Notes: a model not told the origin generated them from the sequence alone. Shown: positions 40,394-51,234, numbered from the stretch's first letter. The stretch: DNA of 64,000 nucleotides from Candidatus Bathyarchaeota archaeon (GCA_963827165.1 CAWGZR010000003.1:128001-192000); one strand, 5' to 3'. Made by a program: numbers and translations.

Positions 40394-40801
40394 TCATTTT
40401 TCTGGTTGTTCAAGTAGTTCTATGTAGCCAAACACAGGCAGTTCCAAATCTTCCCGTCTATACCCTTTGAATTTAACATGTTTTTCCCGTTTGCCCGGTT
40501 CAACCATAACTGTTTGATGGTCAACGTAGATGAGTTTTTCAAAAGGAACAATTTTTTCAGAAACGGGTTTGTCGGGTAATTCTTCGCCAAGTTTACATCG
40601 TTCCATTGCCCAACTTTTGGCTTCTTCTTCAGTCAATTTAAAACCGCTAATAGTGTCAATTCCTATTTCCTCATTTAGTATCCAGCCTTTTATGGGTCCT
40701 TTAATCTGGTGTACATGCCCTGTTTTGGAGTATTCTTCAAGGTCAATGTCTCTACAGTCATCTATAACTAACAGTAGATAGATTTTATTCATAATTTCCA
40801 C
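40394..40801 (-). CDS. Hypothetical protein
   Basis: 135-aa ORF with no recognised motif. Confidence 0.55.
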   Translation of the reverse strand: MEIMNKIYLLLVIDDCRDIDLEEYSKTGHVHQIKGPIKGWILNEEIGIDTISGFKLTEEEAKSWAMERCKLGEELPDKPVSEKIVPFEKLIYVDHQTVMVEPGKREKHVKFKGYRREDLELPVFGYIELLEQPEK

Positions 40802-40825
40802 TCTATCGCGGCATTTCTATATGCT

Positions 40826-41122
40826 TTAGTAGTGGAGTTTTTGCAGTTCCTCAAAGATTTTGGGCAGAATATCGAAGGATACTATTGGCTGTATGTCCAG
40901 TTTGGCAACGTCATAGAAAGGTGCTAACAACTTCCATAGCCCTTCGGCTGAATCTGACTCGATTATGAAGAACCCTTTTCGGTCGTCAATAAGGAGCCCC
41001 GATTCTTTGACTTTCCCCGTTTTCAGTATTTTTTGCACCGTGTCACCTATTCTATTTTGCACACTAGTTATTTCAGACAACGAAATTGATTCTCTTACAG
41101 TAAATGTTACAAGAAATTGCAT
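40826..41122 (-). CDS. DUF3303-like ferredoxin-fold protein
   Basis: MQFLV..RKGFFIIESDSAE..IQPIVS. Confidence 0.6.
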   Translation of the reverse strand: MQFLVTFTVRESISLSEITSVQNRIGDTVQKILKTGKVKESGLLIDDRKGFFIIESDSAEGLWKLLAPFYDVAKLDIQPIVSFDILPKIFEELQKLHY

Positions 41123-41340
41123 GATGCTTACCTGTGTCCCTTAAACTAACTCAATCTAATAACGATATGTGACTGCAATAAGCTACAACGGTTTTTTACT
41201 AATTGACCTTTTTGCTTTTTTTTTTGATTCTTTCGAGTTTTGACTGATTCCGTTCGCCTCGTTTCACGTTTTCGGCAGGGGAAATTTTTTTGTTTGCATT
41301 TTGGATTGCTTTCTTGCGGGGAAGCTTGAATCATTGGCAG

Positions 41341-41440
41341 GTCGAGTCATAATAATACAATAAAAGACACAAAAAGACAGCGTTATTCTCTCTTATACAC
41401 TTTCAGACAATCTGAGACACTCTCAGACAATATTTTACAA
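41341..41440. repeat. Ten 10-bp-phased repeats, core AGACA
   Basis: AGTCA, ATACA, AGACA, AGACA, ATTCT, ATACA, AGACA, AGACA, AGACA, TTACA at 41345+10n. Confidence 0.65.
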
Positions 41441-41517
41441 TCCTAAAATTAATGGAAGGATCAACGCGCCGAACACAAAGCATAACTTAGGCGACAGCCC
41501 GACGGAAAAATGCAGAC

Positions 41518-42105
41518 TCAGACTTTGAGGTACTGGTCAGTTAAGCCTTCCCGCTCTAGCATGCCAAGCCAATCCACAATTCCCACGAAGCAGGTTTTGC
41601 GTTTCTCCAAAACATCCAAAATTTCGGCCACGACTTCCTCAACAGGTTTGCCCGTGACATCCAACTCGCAAACCCTTCCCGCATGCACCTCAACCGCCTC
41701 GCCCAAAACAACATCGATGATTTCAGCCTGCAAATTCTCCCAAAGCTTACTGCCCGTGTACCCACACTTCTCCATGAACTGCTTGAGCTCTCTGGGATCG
41801 CGACGCAGAACAAAGACTTGAGCGACATGCTCGGCTGGCGCAACGGCGCTGGCATAGTGTCCGTCGATGATGATGTTCTCGTTTTCCGACGCGTTTATGG
41901 TTTCGCCGAGTTTTTCCTGCATGCCTTCCTCGTTGATTATCAAGGTGTTGCGCTCTTTATCTTCACCTGAAATCAAGTTGTTGGTTTTTGCGTAGTCTGT
42001 GAGGTTGATGTATTGGCTGTTGGGGAGTTTGGCGGCTAAGGCCTTGGCGGTGGTTGTTTTTCCCGTGCAGGGCGTTCCTGTGATGAGTATGACTCTTTTG
42101 TTCAT
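41518..42105 (-). CDS. Adenylate kinase AK6/Fap7 family
   Basis: ITGTPCTGKTT, IIDGH, ENLQAEI. Confidence 0.9.
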   Translation of the reverse strand: MNKRVILITGTPCTGKTTTAKALAAKLPNSQYINLTDYAKTNNLISGEDKERNTLIINEEGMQEKLGETINASENENIIIDGHYASAVAPAEHVAQVFVLRRDPRELKQFMEKCGYTGSKLWENLQAEIIDVVLGEAVEVHAGRVCELDVTGKPVEEVVAEILDVLEKRKTCFVGIVDWLGMLEREGLTDQYLKV

Positions 42106-42166
42106 GAGGATGTGTTGTTTGAGGAAAGTTTTATCCGTTCCGCTTAACTAAGCGCTTATTGCAACA

Positions 42167-43066
42167 ATGGAAAAGGCGGTTAAGATGAGCAGTTTAACGT
42201 TTTATTTGGTTGATGTTTTTGGGCAGGAAAAATACGCGGGCAACCAGCTGGCGGTCTTCGTAAACGCAGGTAACTTGTCGACGACGCAGATGCAGAAGTT
42301 AGCAAACGAGATGCATTTCTCTGAAACAACATTCATACTCGGAAATGATAAGTACATGGGAGGCTACGACGTTCGCATCTTCACACCCACCTCCGAAATC
42401 CCCTTCGCAGGTCACCCCACGTTGGGAACCGCATGGGTAATCAAAAATTTCGTTGCAGATGAAAAAGAAGACAAGGTAGTCTTGAACCTCAGGGTTGGGC
42501 AGATACCCGTAAGCTTCGAAAACGACGGTGATCAAGAGACGCTTTGGATGAAGCAGGTTCCCCCTGTTTTCGGAGAAATATTCGCTACTTCGCGCCTGGC
42601 TAAAGTTCTGCAGCTTAAAGAAGAGGATTTTGACCCTCGTTTCCCAATCCAAGAAGTCTCCACCGGCGTGCCATTCATAATTGTACCCCTGAAAACCTTG
42701 GATGCGGCCAAACGAGCGAATGTAAACATTGCTCATCTCCGCGAAATGGCGAGCCAAGTCCGCGGCGGCATTTTGATTTTTTGCGCCCAAACCATCAATG
42801 GCGGTACCGACCTGCATGTTCGCGTGTTCGTAAATCTGTTTGGTATCCCTGAGGATCCAGCAACAGGTTCAGGAAACGGTTGCCTTGCAGGTTACCTATC
42901 ACGCTACCGCTACTTCGGCAACGACGAGATCGACGCCACGGTTGAACAGGGCATTGAGCTGGGGCGTCCCTCGCTGCTCTTACTGAAAGCCCACAAATCG
43001 GGTGACTCCTTTCAAGTGGAAATCGGCGGCAGAGTATTCTTCGTCGCTGAGGGTAAACTTGCATAG
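42167..43066 (+). CDS. PhzF family epimerase
   Basis: GNQLAV, SETTF, EIPFAGHPTLG, EDPATGS, QGIELGRPS. Confidence 0.93.
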   Translation: MEKAVKMSSLTFYLVDVFGQEKYAGNQLAVFVNAGNLSTTQMQKLANEMHFSETTFILGNDKYMGGYDVRIFTPTSEIPFAGHPTLGTAWVIKNFVADEKEDKVVLNLRVGQIPVSFENDGDQETLWMKQVPPVFGEIFATSRLAKVLQLKEEDFDPRFPIQEVSTGVPFIIVPLKTLDAAKRANVNIAHLREMASQVRGGILIFCAQTINGGTDLHVRVFVNLFGIPEDPATGSGNGCLAGYLSRYRYFGNDEIDATVEQGIELGRPSLLLLKAHKSGDSFQVEIGGRVFFVAEGKLA

Positions 43067-43110
43067 GGCTTTGTCGAAATTCTTATTGCCTGCCCATGTG
43101 CATTCATGTG

Positions 43111-43426
43111 TGGGCTGGCGAGTTGGTGTGTGGCTTTCGGACCCAAATTGATGGGTCTGAGGAAACTCCGCCCACGTGTAGAATTGCAGCTCCCCGAAGG
43201 GGCAACGCGAGAGCGTTGGCAACGGAGCAGAAACGAAACGTCCAGTTGGACTTGTCGATGACGCGTTTGTGACGCTGAGTGCGCCAACTTGGAAGCGGTG
43301 AAACGGCCGTCCTGCAAGTGGAAAGGGCAAACAGTCGCCGATGCGGAATCTACCCAAGGCGCGGGTAGCCCGATTAGCCGAATGCCACAATAACAGAAGG
43401 CGGGTTACAGCCAACACACCAGCCTA
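43111..43426 (+). ncRNA. rnpB: RNase P RNA
   Basis: GAGGAAACTCCGCCC, CAGAAAC, TGAAACGGCC, AACAGAAGGCGGGTTA; 5' and 3' ends pair as P1. Confidence 0.93.
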
Positions 43427-43454
43427 TTTCACTAATACACCAGCCTTTTTGATT

Positions 43455-44118
43455 ATTCAGTAGGTTTTTTTGCCTTCCTAAACATATTATTCCTTGAGGA
43501 GTTGTGCAGACATACTGTCAAGCCTGCTCGATCAATTCACCTGCTTCCTTTGCATCTTTGGCGGTTGCATGGTGATAGTTTTCAGCGTCATCATCAACTG
43601 GAACCAAGTGAGTGTAAACGAGGGTGATGTTTATGTTCCGATGGCCAAGAAGCTCCTTGACATTAAGAATGTTTCTTAGTCATAGCGTATTCTTTGGTAG
43701 CTTTGAAGTGCCTGAGCGAGTGAAACTTGATTTGCTTTAGTCGTGGATTCTGAATTCTCTGAGCGATGGAGGCTTTTTGTCGGTCATATTTCCAGCGAAA
43801 AGCAATCAGATTACTGTGGCCGAATATGTAGTCGTTTGTTTTCGGGAGCATTAGTAATCTGGCTGTCAGTTGGCTTGAGAGTTTTTCCTGTCTTGGGTTG
43901 CCATGCTTTTCTGCTACGCATTTCAGAGTGAAGTTCTCTTCATCAAGATCTGTCCACTTGCATTGCCATAGTTCGCTTATTCTGAATCCTGTTTCTTTGA
44001 AGGCTAAAACGCATGTTCCGACTTTTTTTGTGCTGGCGGCAACTAACGCATCAACTTCTTTTTCTGTCGGGATGAAGGGCAGCGATTTCTCTTGTTCTCG
44101 TAATATGCCGGTTCCCAA
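43455..44118 (-). pseudogene. Tyrosine integrase remnant
   Basis: ETGFRISE, HSLRH, then after a frameshift LLGHRNINITLVYTHL; N-terminus missing; internal stop. Confidence 0.85.
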
Positions 44119-44298
44119 GGTATTTTTGGCATTTCAGCGAAAATATCATAGACGCTGACAAAATCCCGGTCTTACAAAAATTCACTAATGTTTCAAAATT
44201 CTGACTTGTTGTGTCTTCGTGTAATCACATACATAAATATAACAAAATCTAATCAATCTCAAACAAGCAAGCATGCAAAATTTTGGCGTGAAAGAAAA

Positions 44299-45073
44299 TT
44301 GTCAAAAACAACGAAGAATTTAAAGATTCTTGCATTGTTTCTGCTGACTTCGGGGCTTTTTATTGCAGCGTTAAATTCATGTGTGCCAAACGTGAAAGCT
44401 CAGGGAACGGACACTGTTGTTGTTTTTTCATCAATAGGTGGAACAACAGATCCAGATGTAGGCTCTTATAACTATAGTGATGGGTCTACTCAAACATTCA
44501 CAGCAACCGCAGGAGATGGCTTTATTTTCCAAAACTGGGAGATTGCCACTGCTTCAGGATCCTACTCAGACACAGATAACCCCCTCTCACTCACCCTTAA
44601 CGAAACTCAATACGCTATACAAGCAAACTTCCAAACTGTCGTATTTACCGGTCCGGTCAACGTTACATTGAACATGGCTACCGACGCAATCGTTGTTGTA
44701 TTAGGAGCTGTCGGAGGAACCGTAAGCCCCACACCGGGAACGTATGCATTAGCAAGTGCTACAACACTTAATTTGGTTGCGACTCCAGACTAGCGGATGG
44801 ATTTTTAGCCACTGGGTTATCGGTGGCTCTCCAATGAACCATGGCGCATATTCATTCACAGATACTCCGACAGACAACCCATACAACGTTAACCACGGGT
44901 ACGGAAACACTTACACTTACCAGGCTGTCTTCACTCCGGTCAGCTCATCGACTTCCCCAACACCAACATCTACAGTGCCTGAATATTCGTCTGCCGCCGC
45001 AGTTCTGGTCGCCGCCATACTACTCGTAGTTGCATTCGGGGTATTTTCCTACAGCAAGAAAGCAAGAAAATAA
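44299..45073 (+). CDS. Surface protein with repeat domains and PEF-CTERM-like sorting tail (frameshift near 44790)
   Basis: Signal peptide, GGTTDP/GGTVSP repeats, VPEYS-TM-KKARK. Confidence 0.7.
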
Positions 45074-45506
45074 AATCTCTTTTTCTTTTTTTTGGTGCGC
45101 GCTTAAAATTGCTTTTGTTACCGCATGCTGGGCAGGTTACTTTGGTCTGTGCGATTCGACATAATTGAGCGCTTTTTGGAGATAATTTTGCCGCAATGTG
45201 GGCAGTTGATGATGCAGTGGTCCAACCTTTCGTCTCCTCGGTTTCTGCCGGCTATGTGCCCGAACAAAAAAGATGGAAACTGTGGAAATTTGCCAATGTC
45301 GGTGTATTAGAGCCAATACACCAGCCCACAAATAACAGATTTTTGAAAAAAGTGAAAAGATGAATCTGGGTTTTGTATTAGAGCTTACAAATAAGACGAT
45401 GTTGTCTTCCCCGCCTCGCGGTCGCCTCAAGTTCCCCTTCCTTTGAAAAGCGTGGGATTTAAGAAGAAGGAGGGCGGTAAATAGTCTCAATGTCGGCCAC
45501 TTCGCA

Positions 45507-45755
45507 CTAGTCTTTGAGAGAGCGGAAAATTACGTTGCCGTCTTGTTCTTTTATGTACAGTTCATTTCTTTTTAGTACCCCGTTTAATGCTTCTTTTGAA
45601 GTGTTGTCTAATTCGCATTTTATCTTTATTTCGTATCCGCCAGTGGATACATGAGATACTTGTGAGCCGTCAAGGAAAACGCAGTTTAAGGCTTCCGATT
45701 TCTTTAAAGCGTCACGAATCTCATTCAACACCGCTAAGGCTTCTGATTTGTTCAT
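45507..45755 (-). CDS. Small hypothetical protein, probable paralog of 51618..51863
   Basis: Shared pattern: M..EA..L.EI, GY.I.IK, terminal VI. Confidence 0.65.
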   Translation of the reverse strand: MNKSEALAVLNEIRDALKKSEALNCVFLDGSQVSHVSTGGYEIKIKCELDNTSKEALNGVLKRNELYIKEQDGNVIFRSLKD

Positions 45756-46092
45756 AAAAATAGATGTGTAACAAGTAGTTTTAATAATTTATGCAAGCGT
45801 TATGACTGAAATTGCTTTGGCATCCAAGCAGCATCATATTTTACCAGACTAAACCGTTTTATTCGCGGAGCAGAAGCCCTAATTTGCTGCGAGGCGAAAT
45901 AGGAGAAATGGTCCCCAGATATGTTTCAATGAATGGCGGGTTACAACCAACACACCAAGCCTTTTTTACTAACAAACAAGCTTTCCGTTTACTATTTCAC
46001 TACTAAGTTAGGGGTCAAACTTGATTTTGGTAAAAAGATTTATTAAAAGAGCCTATTCTTAGTAAAATGTAAATTTTTTGGTGGTTGTTAAA

Positions 46093-46482
46093 ATGGAAGA
46101 CCGAAAAAACATAATTGCAGAGTATTTTAAGTTAATTGAGTCGGGAAAATTCAAGGAAGGTTTGCGTTTTTTTGCGCCGGAATGCAAAACGCACAACCCG
46201 TTCGTTTTTGGCGATATGAGTGCCCTAACTGACGCAATGATTGCTGCGAACAAAGAGTATTCTCCGAAATATCCGGAGGCTCAGTTTGCGGTGAGGTATT
46301 TGCTTGCAGATGGGGATTATGTTGTTGCCTACACTCAACTTATGGCTTCTCCAAGCAAACCAAGTGAAGGCGGGCTCCGCCAAATGCACCTGTTTCGTTT
46401 TGAAGGAGACAAAATTGTCGAGTCCTGGGATATCACTCAACAAATAATGCCAAATATGCCAAATGCTGCTGGCTCTTTCTAA
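46093..46482 (+). CDS. SnoaL/NTF2-like protein
   Basis: HNP, ADGDYV, HLFRFEGDKIVESWD. Confidence 0.85.
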   Translation: MEDRKNIIAEYFKLIESGKFKEGLRFFAPECKTHNPFVFGDMSALTDAMIAANKEYSPKYPEAQFAVRYLLADGDYVVAYTQLMASPSKPSEGGLRQMHLFRFEGDKIVESWDITQQIMPNMPNAAGSF

Positions 46483-46558
46483 AAGAGGCCAAGTTTTTCA
46501 CCAGATTTCAATCTTTTCTGAAAGCCAACAATGCAATCGAAGCTATAGTAATCGGAAG

Positions 46559-47190
46559 TCAACTTTTCTTGATTGGTTGCCTAATTATTGTTTTCATTTT
46601 TTCAGGAGTAGTTCTTGTTGCGTCAGTCAGGTAAATCTCGTGATGTTTTCCATTAAACTCGTAACCATTCTGTTTGATGAAAGTATGGATATTTTCTATT
46701 GTCGGCGACTCTGCGGAAAAGGGACCAACGTATAGAATCTGTGCGGCTAGAGCCTTCTTTGAAGTTCTGGAAGCGCAGTTTAGAGAGAGCGATAGGGCTT
46801 TTTTTCTTTTTAACTTGTTCTAAAGCTTCATTGACCAAGGCATCAGTGATAAACTTTGGTTGCATAATCAATTGCTGTCCAGTTCCAATTGGATTTGTTT
46901 TCTGAACTGAATCGCGTAGGCTCGTCTGCCCACCATAAGCTCTCAAGAGGCAAAACCCCATAATCTATCGCCATTTTCCCTTTCTTAATCATAAATTTTA
47001 GAGTGTATGAAGTGGAAAACAAACCTTCAATGGCATCTTTGTAATCCTGAGAAGTATTCGGGTCTCCTCTACCATCCGCCATCAGAAAATCGAATTCAGG
47101 AACATCAACAATACAGAACTCTTTCTTTGACGAGTTGTAAAAGTCCCTGAATTTTTTCTTAAGGTCCTCTTTCTCCAAAACTGACCACAA
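46559..47190 (-). pseudogene. GyrI-like small-molecule-binding protein, frameshifted
   Basis: DGRGDPN, PLESLWW, HHEIYL..PEKMKTIIRQP spread over frames. Confidence 0.8.
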
Positions 47191-47306
47191 AATGTCCGTA
47201 ACATACTCTGTTATTTGAAGTTAATGAATTATCAATCATTGTCTTTCGACAGGCAATTGCGTTTTGATATGTTCAAGTAATTTAGTAACTCGGCGAAGGT
47301 TAGAGA

Positions 47307-47813
47307 TCAAAGATTTCCGTTTTTATTTGGTCGCTTATTTGTCGGTAAGAGGGCTATTGAGATGTCTTGGCAGTTGCTTTGAAGGGTCGAAATTTCTATA
47401 TGAAGAACTTCAATCGCTTTTTTCTTGTTATATATTTCTTTTAACATTCTTGCTCGAAGGTCTTGCTCCATTGAAAGTAAGTCCTGTTTGTGGTCTTTGA
47501 GTTCTTGTTCCTCCGCCTTAACTTTCTGGTAAGACAAGTAAAGTTCTGAAACATCGATTGAATTCATTGTCTCACAAAGGGCTGATGGTTTTGTTTGATT
47601 GAATTCATCAGTTGATTCCAACTGTTCAGGCTCTTTGGTTATCTCAAAGTCAGCGTGCATTTTTCTTAATTGATCAATAACGGAGACATCTTTTTGGTCC
47701 ATTAGTTGGATGGTTTTTTCAGAAATGTCAATTCCCCCGTTTTGGGCCTGTTTGGTCGCTTTGTAATCCTGATCTATTATGTGTAAGAATATGTTTTTGT
47801 TTTCTTTTTTCAT
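47307..47813 (-). CDS. Coiled-coil hypothetical protein
   Basis: Heptad-rich C-terminal half. Confidence 0.6.
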   Translation of the reverse strand: MKKENKNIFLHIIDQDYKATKQAQNGGIDISEKTIQLMDQKDVSVIDQLRKMHADFEITKEPEQLESTDEFNQTKPSALCETMNSIDVSELYLSYQKVKAEEQELKDHKQDLLSMEQDLRARMLKEIYNKKKAIEVLHIEISTLQSNCQDISIALLPTNKRPNKNGNL

Positions 47814-48099
47814 TCTTGTGCCCGATTTTGCTCTTTGTAGCTTTGTTCTCGAACTATATCTGCAGTATTAATACACCTCATATTGTTGTTGTGAAATATA
47901 AACTATAAGAAAAGGAAGTTTTGGCTTTAATGCCCCTTTGCACTTATGTTATCTCCAACAGGCGCCAGGTTACCACGAACCGCCGTCCAAAAAGCCTAAT
48001 AAGAAGACTTTTATCGAAAACCGGTTCTAGAGTAATTATGAATAGTTTCAGTAAGGTTTTCGCTTTTGCTTTTGTCGTTTTTTCATCGCCTCTTTAGTT

Positions 48100-48615
48100 A
48101 TGGTGCCCGCTGTGAAAGTCAACGCAGATTCAAGTGAACCCCTGACGTTTTCTTCCGGATTGACTCTTTATTCGCCAGTAAACACAACTTACAGTTCTAA
48201 TACCCTGGAATGTAACGGCACATTTGTTGGCCCAAGCGAATACGAAGTCTCCTTAAACTACAGCGTCGATGGAAACTATCAAGGTTACGTACCTTGGACT
48301 CTCAATCAGAATTCAAGCAGCTTAGCAACTTACACGTTAGATTGGTCATTTCAGTTGCCTCATCTGGCTAATGGATCGCATCAATTAAGCATCGGAATCG
48401 AAAAACAACTATACAACAGTAATGCTACTCTAACCAGTCAAACGACATTGGTAAACATCGCTTACTTCACAATAAGCCCAAGTTTTCAATCGATCCCAAC
48501 AGCGATAGAGGTTTCTTTGTTAGCAGTTGTGCTCTTGATACTTGTAGCGATTCTTATCGTATTATATTTGAGGCATCGAAAACCCGTAACTAAGAAAAAG
48601 GGCAACAAAGTTTGA
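48100..48615 (+). CDS. Ig-like exported protein with C-terminal TM
   Basis: SPVNTTY, YSVDG, LANGSH, TM followed by RHRK; signal peptide likely starts at ATG 48038 in another frame. Confidence 0.7.
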   Translation: MVPAVKVNADSSEPLTFSSGLTLYSPVNTTYSSNTLECNGTFVGPSEYEVSLNYSVDGNYQGYVPWTLNQNSSSLATYTLDWSFQLPHLANGSHQLSIGIEKQLYNSNATLTSQTTLVNIAYFTISPSFQSIPTAIEVSLLAVVLLILVAILIVLYLRHRKPVTKKKGNKV

Positions 48616-48663
48616 CTGGGTTAATAGTTCGCCACAGCAAGCAAATTGCGATAAGAAAAGGTC

Positions 48664-49380
48664 CTATTTCTGCTTGCCTTTTAAGCTCTTACCTTCAGAA
48701 AAGCTTGTGACGTATTTCCAATCTATGTTCTTTTCCCAAAATTCTTTGAATGACTTTCTGTACTTTGGCAGTCGTGATCTTCCTCTCCAAGTGCTCTTGT
48801 CCGCGAATTTCTTTATCTCAGCGGACGGTTTGAAATAGGCAATTGCGTTTTTGGGGCTTAGAACGAAGGGTGGGTACCCATAGTACATGTTGATCCAACT
48901 GGCGATTAAGCTGCCTGCTCTGTGGTTACCTTCGATAAAGAGTTGAGGGTACCCCAGTATTGCGACGTAAATTTCAGCCGCCACCTTCAGTGGATGGGGC
49001 TCTTTTTCCATGTGGTTTTGGTACCATTTTATTATGGGATCGATGTTTCGAAAGTATTTTTCTTCATTGGCTCTAATTGCCTTAACGTATTCTTGGCGCA
49101 GCTTGAAGTCCAGGCCATAATGAACCAGATTATTCAGTTCACATATATCTTCGAGGCTTTCAATTGAGAATGGTTCAACGCCTTTTCCCAGTAATTCATC
49201 TAGCAGCCCGTAGGCGTTCATCATCCTCGATTTAACCACGGCGTTGAACGGAGTATCCTTTCTCCCAATCTTTTCTAAATCAAGTTCGTCGTCAATCTTT
49301 TCCCAGTTATTTTCAACCAGGGTCAAAGACTGTTCAACCTTTGGCAAATTTATTCTCAGTATGTCTTTTTGCTTAGGCAT
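48664..49380 (-). CDS. Fic/Doc-like protein with non-canonical motif
   Basis: PQLFIEGNHRAG. Confidence 0.7.
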   Translation of the reverse strand: MPKQKDILRINLPKVEQSLTLVENNWEKIDDELDLEKIGRKDTPFNAVVKSRMMNAYGLLDELLGKGVEPFSIESLEDICELNNLVHYGLDFKLRQEYVKAIRANEEKYFRNIDPIIKWYQNHMEKEPHPLKVAAEIYVAILGYPQLFIEGNHRAGSLIASWINMYYGYPPFVLSPKNAIAYFKPSAEIKKFADKSTWRGRSRLPKYRKSFKEFWEKNIDWKYVTSFSEGKSLKGKQK

Positions 49381-49585
49381 TTACCTAATTGTAACTCTCA
49401 AATCTAAAATAGATTACTTTATTCGTCTAGCAGATGGTTGGAGCACGACGCTGTTTGCTCGGGAAAAGGCGTTCCATAAATCTGAAAAATATCTCATAAA
49501 AAAGATTAGGCAGTTCACCAAAAGATTGTTGATGCTTTTTTACAGTCACATATCCTTAAGTGGCTGGAGTTATTGTGGTTTGTAG

Positions 49586-49996
49586 GTGATTTTGTTGAGG
49601 TTTTTAGTGATTGGTAGAGGTATTGACTATGGTGGTCCGATGGATCCCGCGGATTTTGTGGCCGCTGCGGAATACATTATTTTGCCGAGCATTCAGATGC
49701 TGAAGGATTGGGAAGACAAAAAAGTGATTGTCGGCGGATTATTCGCGGGTCAAAGAGCCGGAGTAATGATTATAGAATCCCCGTCTGCCGAAGAGCTAAG
49801 CAAGAAGATGAATAGCTTGCCGTTTTGGAGCCAAAATAGCTGGGAAGTTATTCCCCTTCAGACATTGCAGTCAGGAGTAGACGATGTTAAAGCGCAAATT
49901 GCTCGCGCGAAAAAGATGGCTGAAATGGCGCAGGCTGCCAACGTTTCTCCGATGCCCACTGAAAAAGAAACAGGCGGAGTTATGCCGCAATTTTGA
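49586..49996 (+). CDS. Muconolactone isomerase-like protein
   Basis: GVMIIESPSAEEL..SLPFW..WEVIPL. Confidence 0.65.
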   Translation: MILLRFLVIGRGIDYGGPMDPADFVAAAEYIILPSIQMLKDWEDKKVIVGGLFAGQRAGVMIIESPSAEELSKKMNSLPFWSQNSWEVIPLQTLQSGVDDVKAQIARAKKMAEMAQAANVSPMPTEKETGGVMPQF

Positions 49997-50121
49997 AACT
50001 ACCGATTATCAGTCGCCTGCCTGAAATATTAGGCTACGATTAGGTCGGCTCCTTTTTTCTTTCGCAGATGCCTCACACATTTGGCCCGATTTTTCTCAGA
50101 AAAAGCGCAAAAACAGCGTAT

Positions 50122-50634
50122 CTATAATTGCAGGTTTGCCATTTCTATTTTTCTACGAAGTATTCTTGACCGAGTTTCAAAATGAACCCTCTTGTCACTT
50201 AATGGGAGGTCCATATCCTCAGCGGTTACCGCCAAGATTTTCTGCACCATAACTTGAGCGGCTTTCACGGTCTCCTTGTCAGGCGAGATTTCTGTTTTCT
50301 CACAACACCCGGCGCAGCAGCTTGAAAACGGAAAATTTAATTCCAGCTCAACTACGCTTTTCTCGTAATCGTAATCCGTGACGGTAAACGGCTCCAACCT
50401 GCAAACTGCGGGTCTGACGCTGTAGATAGCGCATCTATTATTCTTGTCTAAAAAATAGCAGCCACCGTCTTTTTTTCTGCGGATCCAAAGAATCCCTGTT
50501 TCATCAGGGGACTCCAAGAAATTCTTGAATCCCCGCGCTTCTATTCGTTTCCTTTCCGCATTATCTACGTCAGGCGGCTGCATGCGGCAACAAACTCCGC
50601 AGCCGCGGCATTGGAAAACCATAGGAACAGACAA
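50122..50634 (-). CDS. YkgJ/FliB-like cysteine cluster protein
   Basis: CRGCGVCC, CYFL..CAIYSVRPAVCRLEPF. Confidence 0.88.
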   Translation of the reverse strand: MSVPMVFQCRGCGVCCRMQPPDVDNAERKRIEARGFKNFLESPDETGILWIRRKKDGGCYFLDKNNRCAIYSVRPAVCRLEPFTVTDYDYEKSVVELELNFPFSSCCAGCCEKTEISPDKETVKAAQVMVQKILAVTAEDMDLPLSDKRVHFETRSRILRRKIEMANLQL

Positions 50635-51090
50635 TTATGCAATCCTCAAAGTTCAAGTTCATCGCTTGATTAGGGAAAATTAGTTTATTTAGGTTGTGCG
50701 AGAAACGTAAGGATTTGAGAGAAAATTAGTTGTTTATATGGGCGGTTTTTTGATTTTGAGGAGAATCAATATGAGAGTCGGTTGACATTTTCTTTTTTTG
50801 CTTACGCCTTATTGGAGTTTGAAGGTTTTGACGACTAAGACATTGCTTTGCGGTTGTGTTTATGAGGAAAACGAGTGGATGCTTGTCCGAATAAAAGAAT
50901 GCGAAAAGCACCATAAACAGCGAACCAAAAAAGTGGAATACCGGCCAAAAGCAGAGTGCAACAGAAACGACACACGTGGCGAATGAGCCGCTTATCCATT
51001 AATCAACGGATAGACTTTATAGCAAGTTCAACATTAGGCAAGAGTGCAAAGCGATTTGCAAAGTAACGTAATAGGAAGTGAAAAAACAAA

Positions 51091-51234
51091 ATGTCATACG
51101 GTAGCAAAGAGATGCACAAGGCAACCTGCGCTGACTGTGGAAAAGAATGTGAAGTTCCTTTCAAACCAGACGGAAGCAGGCCAGTATATTGCCGTGAGTG
51201 CTATTCAAAACGCAGACCACCAAGAAGATATTAA
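51091..51234 (+). CDS. CxxC-x17-CxxC zinc protein, 47 aa (absent from ORF track)
   Basis: MSYGSKEMHKATCADCGKECEVPFKPDGSRPVYCRECYSKRRPPRRY. Confidence 0.9.
   Translation: MSYGSKEMHKATCADCGKECEVPFKPDGSRPVYCRECYSKRRPPRRY

Larger units (their letters stand above)
43396..45984. mobile_element. Decayed integrative element at the rnpB 3' end
   Basis: Degenerate direct repeat 43396-43449 / 45931-45984; integrase remnant adjacent to rnpB. Confidence 0.65.

Noticed and set aside
42980-43417. Minus-strand ORFs over rnpB
   Set aside because: Antisense to the RNase P RNA.
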